A stretch of DNA of 37,443 bases from Candidatus Daviesbacteria bacterium (GCA_016186985.1 JACPKO010000061.1:1-37443); one strand, 5' to 3'; counted from the stretch's first letter, positions 26,278 to 37,103 are shown. Notes: a model not told the origin generated them from the sequence alone. Numbers and translations: made by a program.

Positions 26278-26878
26278 CAGAATATTTTTAGTAGGATTTA
26301 GAGCAACCGGCAAATCAACATTGGGTAAACTTTTAGCTGACAAATTAGGTTGGTCCTTTATGGATTTGGATTTTTTGATTACTCAGCAAGAGGGGGAAGA
26401 TGTTGGAAAAATAACAAAAAATGGAACAGACTGGCGCAGATTTCGGGAGATTGAAAATGAGGCTTTGAAAGAAATGTCGGTTTTAAAAAATGTGGTGATT
26501 AGCTGCGGCGGGGGAGTTGGGGTTAATGATATCCCGGGTTACGAATCAGGTAAAACTTATGGAGATTTAAATGCTCAAATTTTTAAAAACTCAAATAATA
26601 GTTTAGTTGTGCTTTTAAAAACTGATGAAAAAATAATAGAAGAACGTTTAAGGGTGCAGTATAAAAATAAAAAACTTATGCCTTTTTTAAGTGCAACTGA
26701 AGCAAAAAATTCAGAGGGTTTAGATTTGGATGATCTTATTGAAAAACTGGTTAAAGATTCAATGCAGGCTTTGAAAAAAAGAGAACCGTTGTATGAAAAA
26801 TTAACTGAAATTAAAATAGATACAAGCGGGAAAACAAATGAAAAAATTGCACAGGAGGTTTTAAATTATGTCAGATAG
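26264..26878 (+). CDS. aroK: Shikimate kinase
   Basis: P-loop LVGFRATGKSTLGKLLA, DLDFLI, FREIENEAL, GGGVG. Confidence 0.8.
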   Translation: MKKFSRIFLVGFRATGKSTLGKLLADKLGWSFMDLDFLITQQEGEDVGKITKNGTDWRRFREIENEALKEMSVLKNVVISCGGGVGVNDIPGYESGKTYGDLNAQIFKNSNNSLVVLLKTDEKIIEERLRVQYKNKKLMPFLSATEAKNSEGLDLDDLIEKLVKDSMQALKKREPLYEKLTEIKIDTSGKTNEKIAQEVLNYVR

Positions 26879-27689
26879 TGAGCTTACCAAAATTTGTATG
26901 AGTATCGGTTACCCGATTAAAAGCTCCAAATCGCCCTCACTCCATACGGTCGGTTACAAGGCTTTAGGGATTGAGGACAGGTATGTTTATCTTAGAGCAG
27001 AGGTAAAACCGGAAAATCTTAAAATGGCTGTAGATGGGATTAGAGGTTTGGGGATAAGGGGAGTGAGCGTAACCATGCCTCACAAACAGGAAGTTATGAA
27101 GTATTTAGATAAAATAGATGATACCGCGAAAAAAATCGGAGCTGTGAATACAATTGTAAATGAATCCGGAAAATTAATTGGTTATAACACAGACTGGATT
27201 GGAGCTGTTGATGCGCTAAAACAAAAAACGAAAATTAAAGGCAAAAAAATTGCGGTAATAGGAGCGGGAGGTGCTGCAAGAGCAATTGTTTTTGGAATAA
27301 TTAAAGAAGGCGGACGAGTTAAAATATTCAACAGAACTAAAGAAAAAGCTGAGGAGATAGCCAAATCTTTTGGATGTGAATTTGGAAACCTGGATGAAAT
27401 TTCCGAAATTAAAGACTTCGATATTATTATCAATTCAACTTCGATAGGAATGGGAAATCCGGATGAAAGCCCGGTTGATAAAAAATTAATAGGGAAAAAC
27501 CAAATTGTTTTTGATGTTGTTTACAATCCGAAAGAAACAAAACTTTTAAGACATGCAAAAGAAAAAGGGGCAGAAATAATTTTTGGCGCTGACATGCTTT
27601 TATATCAGGGCGCTGAGCAATTTAAACTTTACACCGGGCTGGATGCGCCGATTGAAGCGATGAAAAAATTTATGGAAATAGGAAAATGA
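26868..27689 (+). CDS. aroE: Shikimate 5-dehydrogenase
   Basis: SKSPSLHTVGYKALG, VTMPHKQEV, GAVNTIV, GYNTDWIG, GAGGAARA. Confidence 0.9.
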   Translation: MSDSELTKICMSIGYPIKSSKSPSLHTVGYKALGIEDRYVYLRAEVKPENLKMAVDGIRGLGIRGVSVTMPHKQEVMKYLDKIDDTAKKIGAVNTIVNESGKLIGYNTDWIGAVDALKQKTKIKGKKIAVIGAGGAARAIVFGIIKEGGRVKIFNRTKEKAEEIAKSFGCEFGNLDEISEIKDFDIIINSTSIGMGNPDESPVDKKLIGKNQIVFDVVYNPKETKLLRHAKEKGAEIIFGADMLLYQGAEQFKLYTGLDAPIEAMKKFMEIGK

Positions 27690-28372
27690 TGAAAATTAAA
27701 TATTGTTTGCCAATCCGGAAAAATAAAAAAGATGAAGTTTTAAAAATCATCGCAGAAAACCCTGAATATGATTTTTATGAAATCTGGCTCGATTACATAG
27801 AAGATTTGGATGCTGAATTTGTTAAAATTTTGCTCACAGAATATGACCAAAAACTAATTTTTGTCTTTAGGAGAAATAATCTGGAAGAAGAAAACATGGA
27901 CTTTGCTAACCGGAAAAAATACATTGAAATGCTAAATGGCTCAAAAGCATATCTGGATTTGGACATTGAAGCCCAAAAGGATGAAGTAAAGTTTTTAACA
28001 GATGAAAAATTAAATGTAAGTTTAATTGCTTCTTACCATAATTATGAAGAGACTCCGGAGTACGAAAAGCTTGATAAGATCGTTACTAAAATGATGGAGA
28101 TTAATCCGGCAGTTTACAAAATTTCAACATACTGCAACAGCCAGGAAGACGCTCTAGCTTTGCTTAAGGTTTTGCTCGCTTTAAACAAAGAAGAAGTCAA
28201 AAAAATTATTTTAGGAATGGGCGAAAATGGACTTATTACTAGGATTTTTGGTACACTATGGGATAATGAAATGGTTTTTGCCCCTTTGAAAGCTGAGGAA
28301 GCTTCTGCAGAAGGCCAAATGACCAAAAGAGATTTAGAAACAATTTTTGAAAGGATTGAAAATGCCGGGTAA
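27686..28372 (+). CDS. aroD: 3-dehydroquinate dehydratase, type I
   Basis: [17 protein letters not shown] and YKIST (Schiff-base Lys context). About 228 aa. Confidence 0.75.
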   Translation: MMKIKYCLPIRKNKKDEVLKIIAENPEYDFYEIWLDYIEDLDAEFVKILLTEYDQKLIFVFRRNNLEEENMDFANRKKYIEMLNGSKAYLDLDIEAQKDEVKFLTDEKLNVSLIASYHNYEETPEYEKLDKIVTKMMEINPAVYKISTYCNSQEDALALLKVLLALNKEEVKKIILGMGENGLITRIFGTLWDNEMVFAPLKAEEASAEGQMTKRDLETIFERIENAG

Positions 28373-29444
28373 CAGTTTTGGACAACTATTTAGAATTACA
28401 ACATTCGGAGAGTCGCACGGCGGCTGTGTGGGATGCGTGGTTGACGGATGCCCTCCTGGGATTGAAATTACTGAAACTGAAATCCAAAAGGAATTAGACA
28501 GAAGAAAACCCGGACAGTCCTCAATCACAACCCCTCGAAAAGAGGAAGACGAAGTTAAAATTTTATCCGGAATTTTTCAGGGAAAAACTACAGGTACTCC
28601 GATTTTAATGCTTGCATACAACAAAGATATCCGTCCTGAAGATTATCAGGAAATGAAAGATTTATTTAGACCAGGGCATGCAGATTTTACCTATACTAAA
28701 AAATATGGCTTTAGAGATTGGCATGGGTCCGGGAGGGCATCTGCCAGAGAAACTTTAGCCAGAGTTGCAGCCGGCGCAATCGCAAAAAAATATTTAAAAG
28801 AAAAATTAGGAATTGAAATTTTATCCTACGTTGAGCAGGTAGGGGATATTAAAACTGATGCAGATTTTAATTCTGTTACCCCGGATCAGATAGAATCTAA
28901 TATCGTCCGATGCCCTGATACTGAAATTGCCAAAAAAATGATTTCAAAAATTGAGGAAGTACAAGCGGAGGGGGATTCTATCGGAGGGGTTATCAGGGGA
29001 GTAATCAAAAATGTTCCTGTAGGTTTAGGGGAGCCGGTGTTTGATAAATTAAATGCCGATCTTGGAAAAGGAATGCTGTCTGTTAACGCTGTTAAAGGTT
29101 TTGAGATCGGTTCGGGATTTGAGGGAGTAAAAATGCAGGGATCGGCGCATAATGATGAATTTATTTCGGAGGGAGGGAAAGTTAAAACTAAATCAAATAA
29201 TGCCGGTGGAACACTGGGTGGAATTTCAAATGGGGAAACAATTTATTTTAGGGTTGCGTTTAAGCCTGTTTCAACAATTTCAAAAAAACAAAAAACTGTC
29301 ACCCTAAAAGGTGAGGAAGCTGAGCTAGAAGCAGCAGGACGTCATGATCCCTGTGTTTTACCGCGGGCAGTCCCGATTGTAGATGCAATGTCTGCGCTTG
29401 TTATTATGGACCACTACCTCCGCCATAAAGCCCAGAATTTATAA
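28362..29444 (+). CDS. aroC: Chorismate synthase
   Basis: [37 protein letters not shown]-like [17 protein letters not shown] at 28362 with AAGGA SD. The ORF-track TTG at 28347 is unlikely to be the start. Confidence 0.93.
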   Translation: MPGNSFGQLFRITTFGESHGGCVGCVVDGCPPGIEITETEIQKELDRRKPGQSSITTPRKEEDEVKILSGIFQGKTTGTPILMLAYNKDIRPEDYQEMKDLFRPGHADFTYTKKYGFRDWHGSGRASARETLARVAAGAIAKKYLKEKLGIEILSYVEQVGDIKTDADFNSVTPDQIESNIVRCPDTEIAKKMISKIEEVQAEGDSIGGVIRGVIKNVPVGLGEPVFDKLNADLGKGMLSVNAVKGFEIGSGFEGVKMQGSAHNDEFISEGGKVKTKSNNAGGTLGGISNGETIYFRVAFKPVSTISKKQKTVTLKGEEAELEAAGRHDPCVLPRAVPIVDAMSALVIMDHYLRHKAQNL

Positions 29445-29495
29445 GCAATATATAAGATTGTAAGCCAGCCTCGAGTTTGATATCATTTCCACATT

Positions 29496-30815
29496 ATGCC
29501 GCGGACATTAATTTTAGAGTGTAATAACAAAGTTGGCGAAACAGTAACTGTCTCCGGATGGGTTCATGTCAGGCGTGATCACGGGAAAATCGGATTCCTG
29601 GATGTTTATGACAGGACCGGAACAATCCAGGTTTTTTGCACCGGTGATAAACTCGGGGATATCAGGCCGCAGGATGTTGTGGAAATTTCAGGAATTGTTG
29701 CGCAGCGGCCCGAGAAATTAATCAATCCAAATATCCCTACAGGTAAAATTGAACTCCAAGCAGAAACTGTAAAAGGTATCAGTAAAGCCCATGAACTTCC
29801 TTTTGATATGGGAGGCAAAGATTTAGATTTGCAGCTCCCTACCCTGCTGGATTTTAGATCTTTGACCCTTAGACATCCAAAAGTTAAATCCATTTTTAAA
29901 GTCCAGGCAGCTTTGATGGAAGGGTTTAGAAAAGCTGCAACCGAACTTGATTGCGTGGAAATTTTTGTTCCGACAATTGCAGCATCTTCTACTGAGGGCG
30001 GAGCAGAAGTTTTTAAAGTTGATTATTACGGGCACAAAGCATTTATGACCCAATCCCCCCAGCTTTATAAACAAATGTTAATCCCGGTATATGAGCGGGT
30101 TTTTACAATTGCCCATGCATACCGCGCAGAACCCTCAGTTACAACAAGACATTTATCCGAATCAATCCAACTTGACTGCGAATTTGGATTTGTTGATTTT
30201 AACGAGCTTTTGGATTTACTTGAAGAGGTTGCAGTAAAAATGCTAAAACATGTTGAAGAAAAATGTGAAGAAATTTTTAAAGAATTTAACTTGGAAAAAA
30301 TCCATTTTGGAGAAATTCCAAGATTCACTTTGAGGGAAGCACAGGAAATAATTTTTAAAGAATTTGGGCGGGATAACAGAAAGGAAAAGGATTTAACTCC
30401 TCAGGATGAAATAGATATTTGTAAATATGCCTTAGAAAAATTTGACAGCGATTTTGTGACAATTACTAAATTTCCCGCCATAGCAAAACCTTTTTATACC
30501 ATGCCCGATCCGGAAAATCCCGAGTACAGTTTAAGTTATGATTTGTTATTCAGGGGAGTTGAAGTTTTGTCGGGTTCTCAAAGGGTGAGTGATTATGAAC
30601 AGTTGGTAGAAGCGATAAAATCGCGGGGTTTGGATACGAAGAGTTTTGAAATGTATTTGCAGGCATTTAAATACGGTATGCCTCCTGAGGGAGGGTTTTC
30701 ATTCGGGCTTGAGAGGCTAACAATGCATATTTTAAACCTTGCAAACGTACGGCAAGCTAGTCTTTTTCCCCGTGACATGGAAAGGGTTGACGTAAGGTTA
30801 TCCACTTTAAAATGA
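29496..30815 (+). CDS. aspS: Aspartate--tRNA ligase, archaeal/eukaryal-type (class IIb, about 440 aa)
   Basis: N-terminal OB fold VSGWVHVRRDHGKIGFLDV. Motif 2 FRAE-like YRAEPSVTTRHLSE. Motif 3 GGFSFGLERL. AsnRS cannot be fully excluded by eye. Confidence 0.8.
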   Translation: MPRTLILECNNKVGETVTVSGWVHVRRDHGKIGFLDVYDRTGTIQVFCTGDKLGDIRPQDVVEISGIVAQRPEKLINPNIPTGKIELQAETVKGISKAHELPFDMGGKDLDLQLPTLLDFRSLTLRHPKVKSIFKVQAALMEGFRKAATELDCVEIFVPTIAASSTEGGAEVFKVDYYGHKAFMTQSPQLYKQMLIPVYERVFTIAHAYRAEPSVTTRHLSESIQLDCEFGFVDFNELLDLLEEVAVKMLKHVEEKCEEIFKEFNLEKIHFGEIPRFTLREAQEIIFKEFGRDNRKEKDLTPQDEIDICKYALEKFDSDFVTITKFPAIAKPFYTMPDPENPEYSLSYDLLFRGVEVLSGSQRVSDYEQLVEAIKSRGLDTKSFEMYLQAFKYGMPPEGGFSFGLERLTMHILNLANVRQASLFPRDMERVDVRLSTLK

Positions 30816-30819
30816 TTTT

Positions 30820-31806
30820 ATGAAACTGCCGCTTAATTTAAAGATAAAATCTAACCAAAAAAACCTGAGGATTATTGCTATCTCGACCCTTTTAGTTTTG
30901 GGCTCGATACTTTTTTTACTGACCGGACCGGAAGTGTTTAACCTTGTTGAAAGTAAGGTAAGTTCTGGAAACCTGGAAGAAGCGGTAAATTTTACAAGTT
31001 CAGTTTTAGCCGAAACAACCCCTCCGGTACAAACCCCAAAAATTCAAATTGTAAGCAGCAATATTGAAGCACCTAAGATTAGCGCGGTATCGGCTTTAGC
31101 TTTTGATGTTGAAACAAACCAGCTGCTTTTTCAGAAAAACATCAATCAAAGGCTCGCTCTAGCCTCTACTACTAAAATAATGACTGCTATTATTGCTTCA
31201 GAGCATTTCACGAGCGCTGATATATTGACAGTACCAACAGAGGCGATTGTTGGCGGCTCATCAATGGAATTGTCAGGGGGCGAACGGTTAACATTTCGGA
31301 GTTTGCTTTACGGGATGATGTTAAATTCAGGGAATGATGCTGCATTCACAATAGCAATGAATTACCCAGGCGGATACGATGCTTTTGTTTCAAAGATGAA
31401 TGGAAGGGTTTTAGAAATGGGCTTAAAGGATACCCACTTTGATAATCCGGCCGGATTTGATAGTCCAACGAATTATTCCTCAGCCTACGATTTATTACAA
31501 ATTGGTATAGCCTCGATGCAAAATGTTAAGCTGGGAAGAGTTTTTTCAACCAAAGAAACTTCGGTCACATCGATTGATAAAACGCAAATTCATGTTTTAA
31601 AAAACCTCAATAAATTATTAAGTCAGGAGGGTGTGGTAGGTATTAAGACCGGAACAACTGAAAAAGCAGGAGAAAGTTTCGTGGGGTTGGTTGAAAAAAA
31701 CAGCCACACAATTTTAATTGTTGTGTTAAACAGTAACGACCGGTTTGGTGAAACTAAAGAATTAATTGATTGGATTTTCACAAACTATAGTTGGCAGGTG
31801 AATTAA
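30820..31806 (+). CDS. D-alanyl-D-alanine carboxypeptidase (S11, PBP5/DacB-like)
   Basis: Signal anchor. SxxK = ASTTK, SxN = SGND, KTG = KTGTT. Confidence 0.85.
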   Translation: MKLPLNLKIKSNQKNLRIIAISTLLVLGSILFLLTGPEVFNLVESKVSSGNLEEAVNFTSSVLAETTPPVQTPKIQIVSSNIEAPKISAVSALAFDVETNQLLFQKNINQRLALASTTKIMTAIIASEHFTSADILTVPTEAIVGGSSMELSGGERLTFRSLLYGMMLNSGNDAAFTIAMNYPGGYDAFVSKMNGRVLEMGLKDTHFDNPAGFDSPTNYSSAYDLLQIGIASMQNVKLGRVFSTKETSVTSIDKTQIHVLKNLNKLLSQEGVVGIKTGTTEKAGESFVGLVEKNSHTILIVVLNSNDRFGETKELIDWIFTNYSWQVN

Positions 31807-31811
31807 AAAAA

Positions 31812-32846
31812 TCAATCAGATTTTTCTACGAATTCATTTTTGACAGCCTGCACGATAGATGCAAACCCGGATCCTTCAAACACATATACAGGTTGTAAGT
31901 AATTTGTATATTCTTCAGATAAATAATAAGCTAAGTATATTTTAGATATTGAAACGTTTCCTCTTAATGGTTCAATCGCAATAAAACCCTCCCCGTTTTT
32001 TAATTCTTCAAAAGCCTCGTCAACCTTTTTTATTGGATATGTTCCAAAATTGTTCAAATCAATTGGCCAGAAAATATAATCCATAGAAATGTATTTCTTA
32101 TTAAGGTTCTGATTATTTATGGAAATTGTTTTGATCAATCCCTCATTAAATTTAGGGGTTACGATGGGAATATCTTCGACATTCTCCTGCCATAGATTTA
32201 TTGTGGCCTGTGTGCTGTCTTTTTTGACAGGGTTATTGTAAGTAACTCGCGTCCGGCCATTTTTTAATTGGTCTTTTAATAATTCCCTCGAGGACAAAAA
32301 ATTCTTAAATGACTGGCTTTGCTTATCTTCATTGATAAAATCTTCAATCCTTTCAAAATTATCTCCGCTGCTTGTGGCATAATTTTTTCTGAATTTAAAA
32401 TTACCGGTATCCAAATCAACAATTAACTCTCCTCCGCTTATATCGTCGAGAAATTTATACTGAGTCGGCGAAATAGCCTCAGGATTTTTATTAAACTCAA
32501 GTGCGCCGGCCAAATTTTTTGCCCTGTCTAGAGCTAAAAGGTCGGTCGCAAGCTGGGCGATGGAGTAAACTTTAAAAAGCTCAGGAAGCTTTTCCGGCAA
32601 AGCCCCGGTCTCGGTATCTAGAGAGTAGGAGAAATTGGATGAGGCGACAGTAGGGTCCGGAAATTTTAATTTGGGAAGTGGTCCAAAAGCCAGAGTTGGT
32701 TTTTCAACAACCGGCGGAAGGCCCGGTAAATAAATATAATTGTAGTAATAATGCCAGATACCCCAAGTTGCAAGAGCTATAAATATGGTAATTGCTGTGA
32801 CGATCAAGCCCTTCTTGGTTAATGCAGAGGCTTCAGTTAAAGTCAT
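31812..32846 (-). CDS. Hypothetical membrane-anchored extracytoplasmic protein
   Basis: A single N-terminal TM (LIVTAITIFIALATWGIW). No catalytic motif recognised. Confidence 0.4.
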   Translation of the reverse strand: MTLTEASALTKKGLIVTAITIFIALATWGIWHYYYNYIYLPGLPPVVEKPTLAFGPLPKLKFPDPTVASSNFSYSLDTETGALPEKLPELFKVYSIAQLATDLLALDRAKNLAGALEFNKNPEAISPTQYKFLDDISGGELIVDLDTGNFKFRKNYATSSGDNFERIEDFINEDKQSQSFKNFLSSRELLKDQLKNGRTRVTYNNPVKKDSTQATINLWQENVEDIPIVTPKFNEGLIKTISINNQNLNKKYISMDYIFWPIDLNNFGTYPIKKVDEAFEELKNGEGFIAIEPLRGNVSISKIYLAYYLSEEYTNYLQPVYVFEGSGFASIVQAVKNEFVEKSD

Positions 32847-32869
32847 GTATATATTATACTTCAGAAAAT

Positions 32870-34192
32870 ATGGATATACGCACTAGAATCGCACCTTCTC
32901 CAACAGGCTCGCCCCATATCGGTACAGCCTGGCAAGCTCTTTTTGATTTTGTATTTGCAAGGAAAAATAACGGAAAATTTATATTAAGGCTCGAGGACAC
33001 TGACAAAGTCAGGTTCGTGCCTGAGAGCGCCAAACAAATCGATGAAACGCTGGAATGGTTGGGTTTTGAAGTTGACGAAAGCCCCAGCAAAGGTGGGAAT
33101 TTTGGCCCTTATATTCAATCTGAGAGACTGGATGTGTACAGAAAATACGCAGACGAACTTTTGGAAAAAGGTCTGGCCTACAATGATGAAGGTGCTGTAA
33201 AATTTAAAATGAACAAAGAGGGGAGCACCGCTTATCATGATTTAGTTGGCGGTGAGCAAAGCTCCCGAGGCGGTAAAGATATTAGTATTGAAAATTCCAC
33301 ACAGGATGATTTTGTAATGATAAAATCGGATGGGTTTCCCACATACAATTTTGCAAATGTTATTGATGACCACTTAATGGAAATTTCGCATGTAATCCGC
33401 GGGAATGAATATATTTCCTCGATGCCCAAATATATCCAGCTTTATAAAAGTTTTGGCTGGACACCTCCCCAATTTGCCCACCTCCCCCTTCTAGTAGGTT
33501 CAGATCGCGCTAAGCTCTCAAAAAGACATGGAGCAAAAGGCGCATTGGAATATAAACGCGACGGGTTTTTAAAGGAGGCAATTATTAATTTTTTGGCGCT
33601 TTTGGGATGGTCTCATCCTCAAGGAAAGGAGATTTTTTCACTTGAGGATATGATAAAAGTTTTTGATTTCAAAAATTTTAACCCGGCTTCCGCTTATTTT
33701 GATGAAACAAAACTTGAATGGATGAATGGGGAATATATAAGAAGGATGCCGGATGAGGAGCTCACAAAAAGATTGCAGGACTATTTAGTTGATCATCCCG
33801 CAAAAGAGAAAATCGCACCAATCGTCCCCTTAATAAAAGAGCGTATAAAAAAGTTGTCTGATTTTATTCCGCTCACGGATTTTCTTTTTGAAAAGCCTGA
33901 ATACGATATGGAGGTGTTTAATAAACTAAAGATCAGAGATATAAAATCAGCGGTTGGCAAAATTTTGGAAAAAGTGAAACAGCTGAAGAGTCCGTGGGAT
34001 GCAAAAGAATTTGAAGGAACTTTTAAAGAATTGGCAACAGAACTTAAAATTTCAAATTTGGATATGTTTCAATTAATCAGGGCTGCTGTTTCCGGACAAC
34101 TTGTTACTCCCCCGCTTTTTGAGTCAATCCAAATTTTAGGCGAGGAAGAAACTAAAAATCGAATTAAAGAGGCTCAGGAATTTGCTAGCTGA
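32870..34192 (+). CDS. gltX: Glutamate--tRNA ligase
   Basis: RTRIAPSPTGSPHIGTA (HIGH) and KLSKRH (KMSKS). Starting at ATG 32870 (MDIRTR) removes the overlap with the divergent gene. Confidence 0.9.
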   Translation: MDIRTRIAPSPTGSPHIGTAWQALFDFVFARKNNGKFILRLEDTDKVRFVPESAKQIDETLEWLGFEVDESPSKGGNFGPYIQSERLDVYRKYADELLEKGLAYNDEGAVKFKMNKEGSTAYHDLVGGEQSSRGGKDISIENSTQDDFVMIKSDGFPTYNFANVIDDHLMEISHVIRGNEYISSMPKYIQLYKSFGWTPPQFAHLPLLVGSDRAKLSKRHGAKGALEYKRDGFLKEAIINFLALLGWSHPQGKEIFSLEDMIKVFDFKNFNPASAYFDETKLEWMNGEYIRRMPDEELTKRLQDYLVDHPAKEKIAPIVPLIKERIKKLSDFIPLTDFLFEKPEYDMEVFNKLKIRDIKSAVGKILEKVKQLKSPWDAKEFEGTFKELATELKISNLDMFQLIRAAVSGQLVTPPLFESIQILGEEETKNRIKEAQEFAS

Positions 34193-34229
34193 TTAACTTT
34201 AGCTGCCATGATAAGCAGAGCTTGTCCTG

Positions 34230-34553
34230 TCAGCTTAGATTGTTAATCTTCGCTGCCATGATGAAATCATTTTCCGTTAACCCTTTTGCTTCGTGAGTAT
34301 ATAAACTTAAATTAACTTTATTGTAAAAAATGTAAATATCCGGATGATGTCCTTCGGACTCTGCAATTCCCGCGACTTTATTTACAAAATCCATTGACTC
34401 TTTAAAGCTTTTAAATTTAAAATCCCTTTTAATTTCTTCCCCTATTAAAAACCAGCCCGGAACAACGGGCAAATATTCCTTAATTTTACCGATTGATAAT
34501 TTACCTTCGCCGTTTTCGCAGGGGACACAGTGTTTTTTTGTTAAATCATTCAT
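34230..34553 (-). CDS. 4a-hydroxytetrahydrobiopterin dehydratase (PCD/DCoH family)
   Basis: W...F.F..F..A..F...VA core with [17 protein letters not shown] and [13 protein letters not shown]. Confidence 0.85.
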   Translation of the reverse strand: MNDLTKKHCVPCENGEGKLSIGKIKEYLPVVPGWFLIGEEIKRDFKFKSFKESMDFVNKVAGIAESEGHHPDIYIFYNKVNLSLYTHEAKGLTENDFIMAAKINNLS

Positions 34554-34944
34554 GTTTTTTGAAAGTTAATGCGCATGAATTTATGCAATATCTCTGTCCG
34601 TTTTCGGTAGGTCCGTCATCAAAAAGATGCCCTAAGTGTGCCCCGCAATTTTTGCAAATTACCTCTGTCCGGTTCATACCAAGGGAGTTATCTTCTTTAA
34701 GTTCAATATGTTCCAAATTGACCGGATTATCAAAGGATGGCCAACCGGTTCCTGAATCAAACTTCGTATCTGATGAAAATAACGCTTCCCCGCAAGCAAC
34801 GCATTCATACATCCCTTTATCATGGTTATTCCAAAATTCACCGGTAAAAGGCTCTTCAGTGCCTTTCATACGGGTAACTTCATACTGTGCTGGAGTTAGT
34901 TTCTTTTTCCAATAATCTTCACTCATGTTCTTCATATTTTTCAT
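34546..34944 (-). CDS. msrB: Peptide-methionine (R)-S-oxide reductase
   Basis: [40 protein letters not shown] and RYCINS (catalytic Cys). Confidence 0.92.
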   Translation of the reverse strand: MKNMKNMSEDYWKKKLTPAQYEVTRMKGTEEPFTGEFWNNHDKGMYECVACGEALFSSDTKFDSGTGWPSFDNPVNLEHIELKEDNSLGMNRTEVICKNCGAHLGHLFDDGPTENGQRYCINSCALTFKKHE

Positions 34945-34965
34945 AGTGCAATATTACCATAAAAA

Positions 34966-36207
34966 CTAAATGCTAAACTTCGGAGATTTGTAGTTACGGA
35001 GTTTTGGTACCTTAAAGGCTATGAGAATCGTAAGCAGCACCGTTATTATGCCTCCGGATACAACCGAAAAAGGAGCGCCGAAAAATTGAGCCACGAAACC
35101 AGCTTCAGCCTCCCCTGCCATTGGCCCGCCCTGAACAAAAATTGTGTTAACCGCAACCATTCTCCCCTTTAAATGGTCTGGGGTTAAAATCTGGCGGATT
35201 GTATTTCGGAGGACTGTAGAAATTATATCCCCTACTCCGACTAAACTTAAGAAAACTAGAGCAAGGATAAACGAACTGGACAATCCAAAAGCTGCAGTAG
35301 CAGCGCCATATAATAGAACCCCTCCCAAAATCGCTTTACCCTGGTTTTTAATATTGGAAACAGTCGCCAAAATAAGTCCTGCAATGGTTGAGCCAATTGC
35401 CGGAGCGCTGTAGAGAAGTCCTAATCCCTTTGGTCCTGTCTGGAAAATATCTTTTGCAAAAATCGGAAGCAAGGTTGCAGCAGATGAGAAAAAATTAGCG
35501 ATAAAATCCAAGACCATCGTATAAATTAATATCTGGCTTGATAAAACAAATCTGACACCTTCCCAGAGCGATTCAAATGAATATGAAACCTCGGAAGCTT
35601 TTACGTGGGGTTTTATATGGATAGGAAGCAGGGTAAATACATAAATAACGAATGTTACCGCATTAAAAAGATAAATGTTTCCAACTCCGGAAAATTCAAT
35701 TACAAACCCTGCAATTGCGGGTCCTATCATTAAAGACATTTGCCTGCTCATTGTCTGCAAAGAAAAAGCATTAAGATAAAAAGGTTTCGTAACAAGCAGG
35801 GGAATTATTGCCTGTCTTGCAGGACCCTGAAAAGTTCTTGCAGCAAAGCTTAAAAATACCAAAACATAAATAGCGAGAGGATCTATTGATTTAGAAAAAG
35901 TCATAGCAGTTAGAATAAGAGCAATTACTGCTGGGAAGATTTGGGAATATAATAAAACTTTTTTTCTGTCGAGTTTGTCTACAATAAGACCGGAAGGCAA
36001 GGCGAAAATTAGAATTGCCAGAAGGCCCGAGAGTCCAACAAGGCCTAAAGAAGCAGGAGAATTAGTCAGCTCATAAACCTGCCAGTTTATTGCAACAATC
36101 TGCATCTGCGACCCGATTTCAGAAAAAAGGGTGCCGAAATAATAAAGCCTAAAGTCCCTAAATTTTAAGGAACTAAATGTTTTGAGGTTTTTGACCATAA
36201 CGGTCAA
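34966..36207 (-). CDS. MFS transporter (MFS_3/EntS-like)
   Basis: 12 TM helices. Loop 2-3 motif GLIVDKLDRKKVLL. Confidence 0.8.
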   Translation of the reverse strand: MTVMVKNLKTFSSLKFRDFRLYYFGTLFSEIGSQMQIVAINWQVYELTNSPASLGLVGLSGLLAILIFALPSGLIVDKLDRKKVLLYSQIFPAVIALILTAMTFSKSIDPLAIYVLVFLSFAARTFQGPARQAIIPLLVTKPFYLNAFSLQTMSRQMSLMIGPAIAGFVIEFSGVGNIYLFNAVTFVIYVFTLLPIHIKPHVKASEVSYSFESLWEGVRFVLSSQILIYTMVLDFIANFFSSAATLLPIFAKDIFQTGPKGLGLLYSAPAIGSTIAGLILATVSNIKNQGKAILGGVLLYGAATAAFGLSSSFILALVFLSLVGVGDIISTVLRNTIRQILTPDHLKGRMVAVNTIFVQGGPMAGEAEAGFVAQFFGAPFSVVSGGIITVLLTILIAFKVPKLRNYKSPKFSI

Positions 36208-36258
36208 ATTTTAACAGAAATATTTAAACCAAGGGTGGTTTAGTTTACAATTAAATTC

Positions 36259-36963
36259 ATGAGACCGCTTAACTTACTTTTTACTTTAGCTTCGATAAAT
36301 GTTTTAGTAATAACCATTGAAAGATTCTCTTTTACTACGGGAATTCTACTCGAGCCGTTTCAATTCATCCGGCTGCATGAACTTTTGCAAGGGCCGGTAT
36401 TTTTAACAATTTCAGTGGTTTTGTCTTTTTTAACCCTAAAAATTGTTTCCGATAATTTTAAAGGATTAAATACCAAAACGGGTTTAATTCTAGGTTCATT
36501 ATTTGTAGCTGGTATATATCTCTACGGAATGGGAGAAGGTTGGCATGAGATTGCAAGTTTTACTTTCAATCAATATTGCGACACCAAGAATTTTTCTGAT
36601 AATCTCTGCGGAGGGCTATTTATAAATGATTATTATACCGGAAATATTTTATTTTTTATCGGCGGAATACTGATGAACGGATCACTTATTTTTCTTGAGA
36701 TGATGAATCCGTCGAAAGTTTTTGGAAACAAAGACATGTCTATTCTTTTTGTTAACAGCTTCGTTTACGCTTTTACCTTTTTTGCTTACGCCGGGTTTGA
36801 TCGGGTTTTGGTGGGACTTTATTCAACATTAATATTGATGATAATTGCCCTTTACGCTTTCGCAAAGATAAAAGACAAATTCCGCAATTATCCATATATA
36901 ACTTACTCTGCACTGTCTTATACTCTGGCCTCAATTGCTTCAATTATTGTAAGGCTTAGGTAG
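36259..36963 (+). CDS. Hypothetical polytopic membrane protein
   Basis: About 6 predicted TM helices. No recognisable motif. Confidence 0.4.
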   Translation: MRPLNLLFTLASINVLVITIERFSFTTGILLEPFQFIRLHELLQGPVFLTISVVLSFLTLKIVSDNFKGLNTKTGLILGSLFVAGIYLYGMGEGWHEIASFTFNQYCDTKNFSDNLCGGLFINDYYTGNILFFIGGILMNGSLIFLEMMNPSKVFGNKDMSILFVNSFVYAFTFFAYAGFDRVLVGLYSTLILMIIALYAFAKIKDKFRNYPYITYSALSYTLASIASIIVRLR

Positions 36964-37064
36964 TTAAACTAGAGTCTAAAGCTTCTTCAGCGCTATAGTT
37001 CTGTGATACCAGGATCAAATAGTACCATTTCTTGCCTTTTCTTCACTCAAAAAGTAAGCACAGC

Positions 37065-37093
37065 TTGCCTGTTTGCTGCGCAAAAGGTAAAAT
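37065..37093 (+). promoter_or_regulatory. Promoter of tRNA-Gln
   Basis: TTGCCT (37065-37070), 17 nt, TAAAAT (37088-37093), 10 nt before the tRNA 5' end. Confidence 0.4.
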
Positions 37094-37103
37094 TTACGCA
37101 TAC

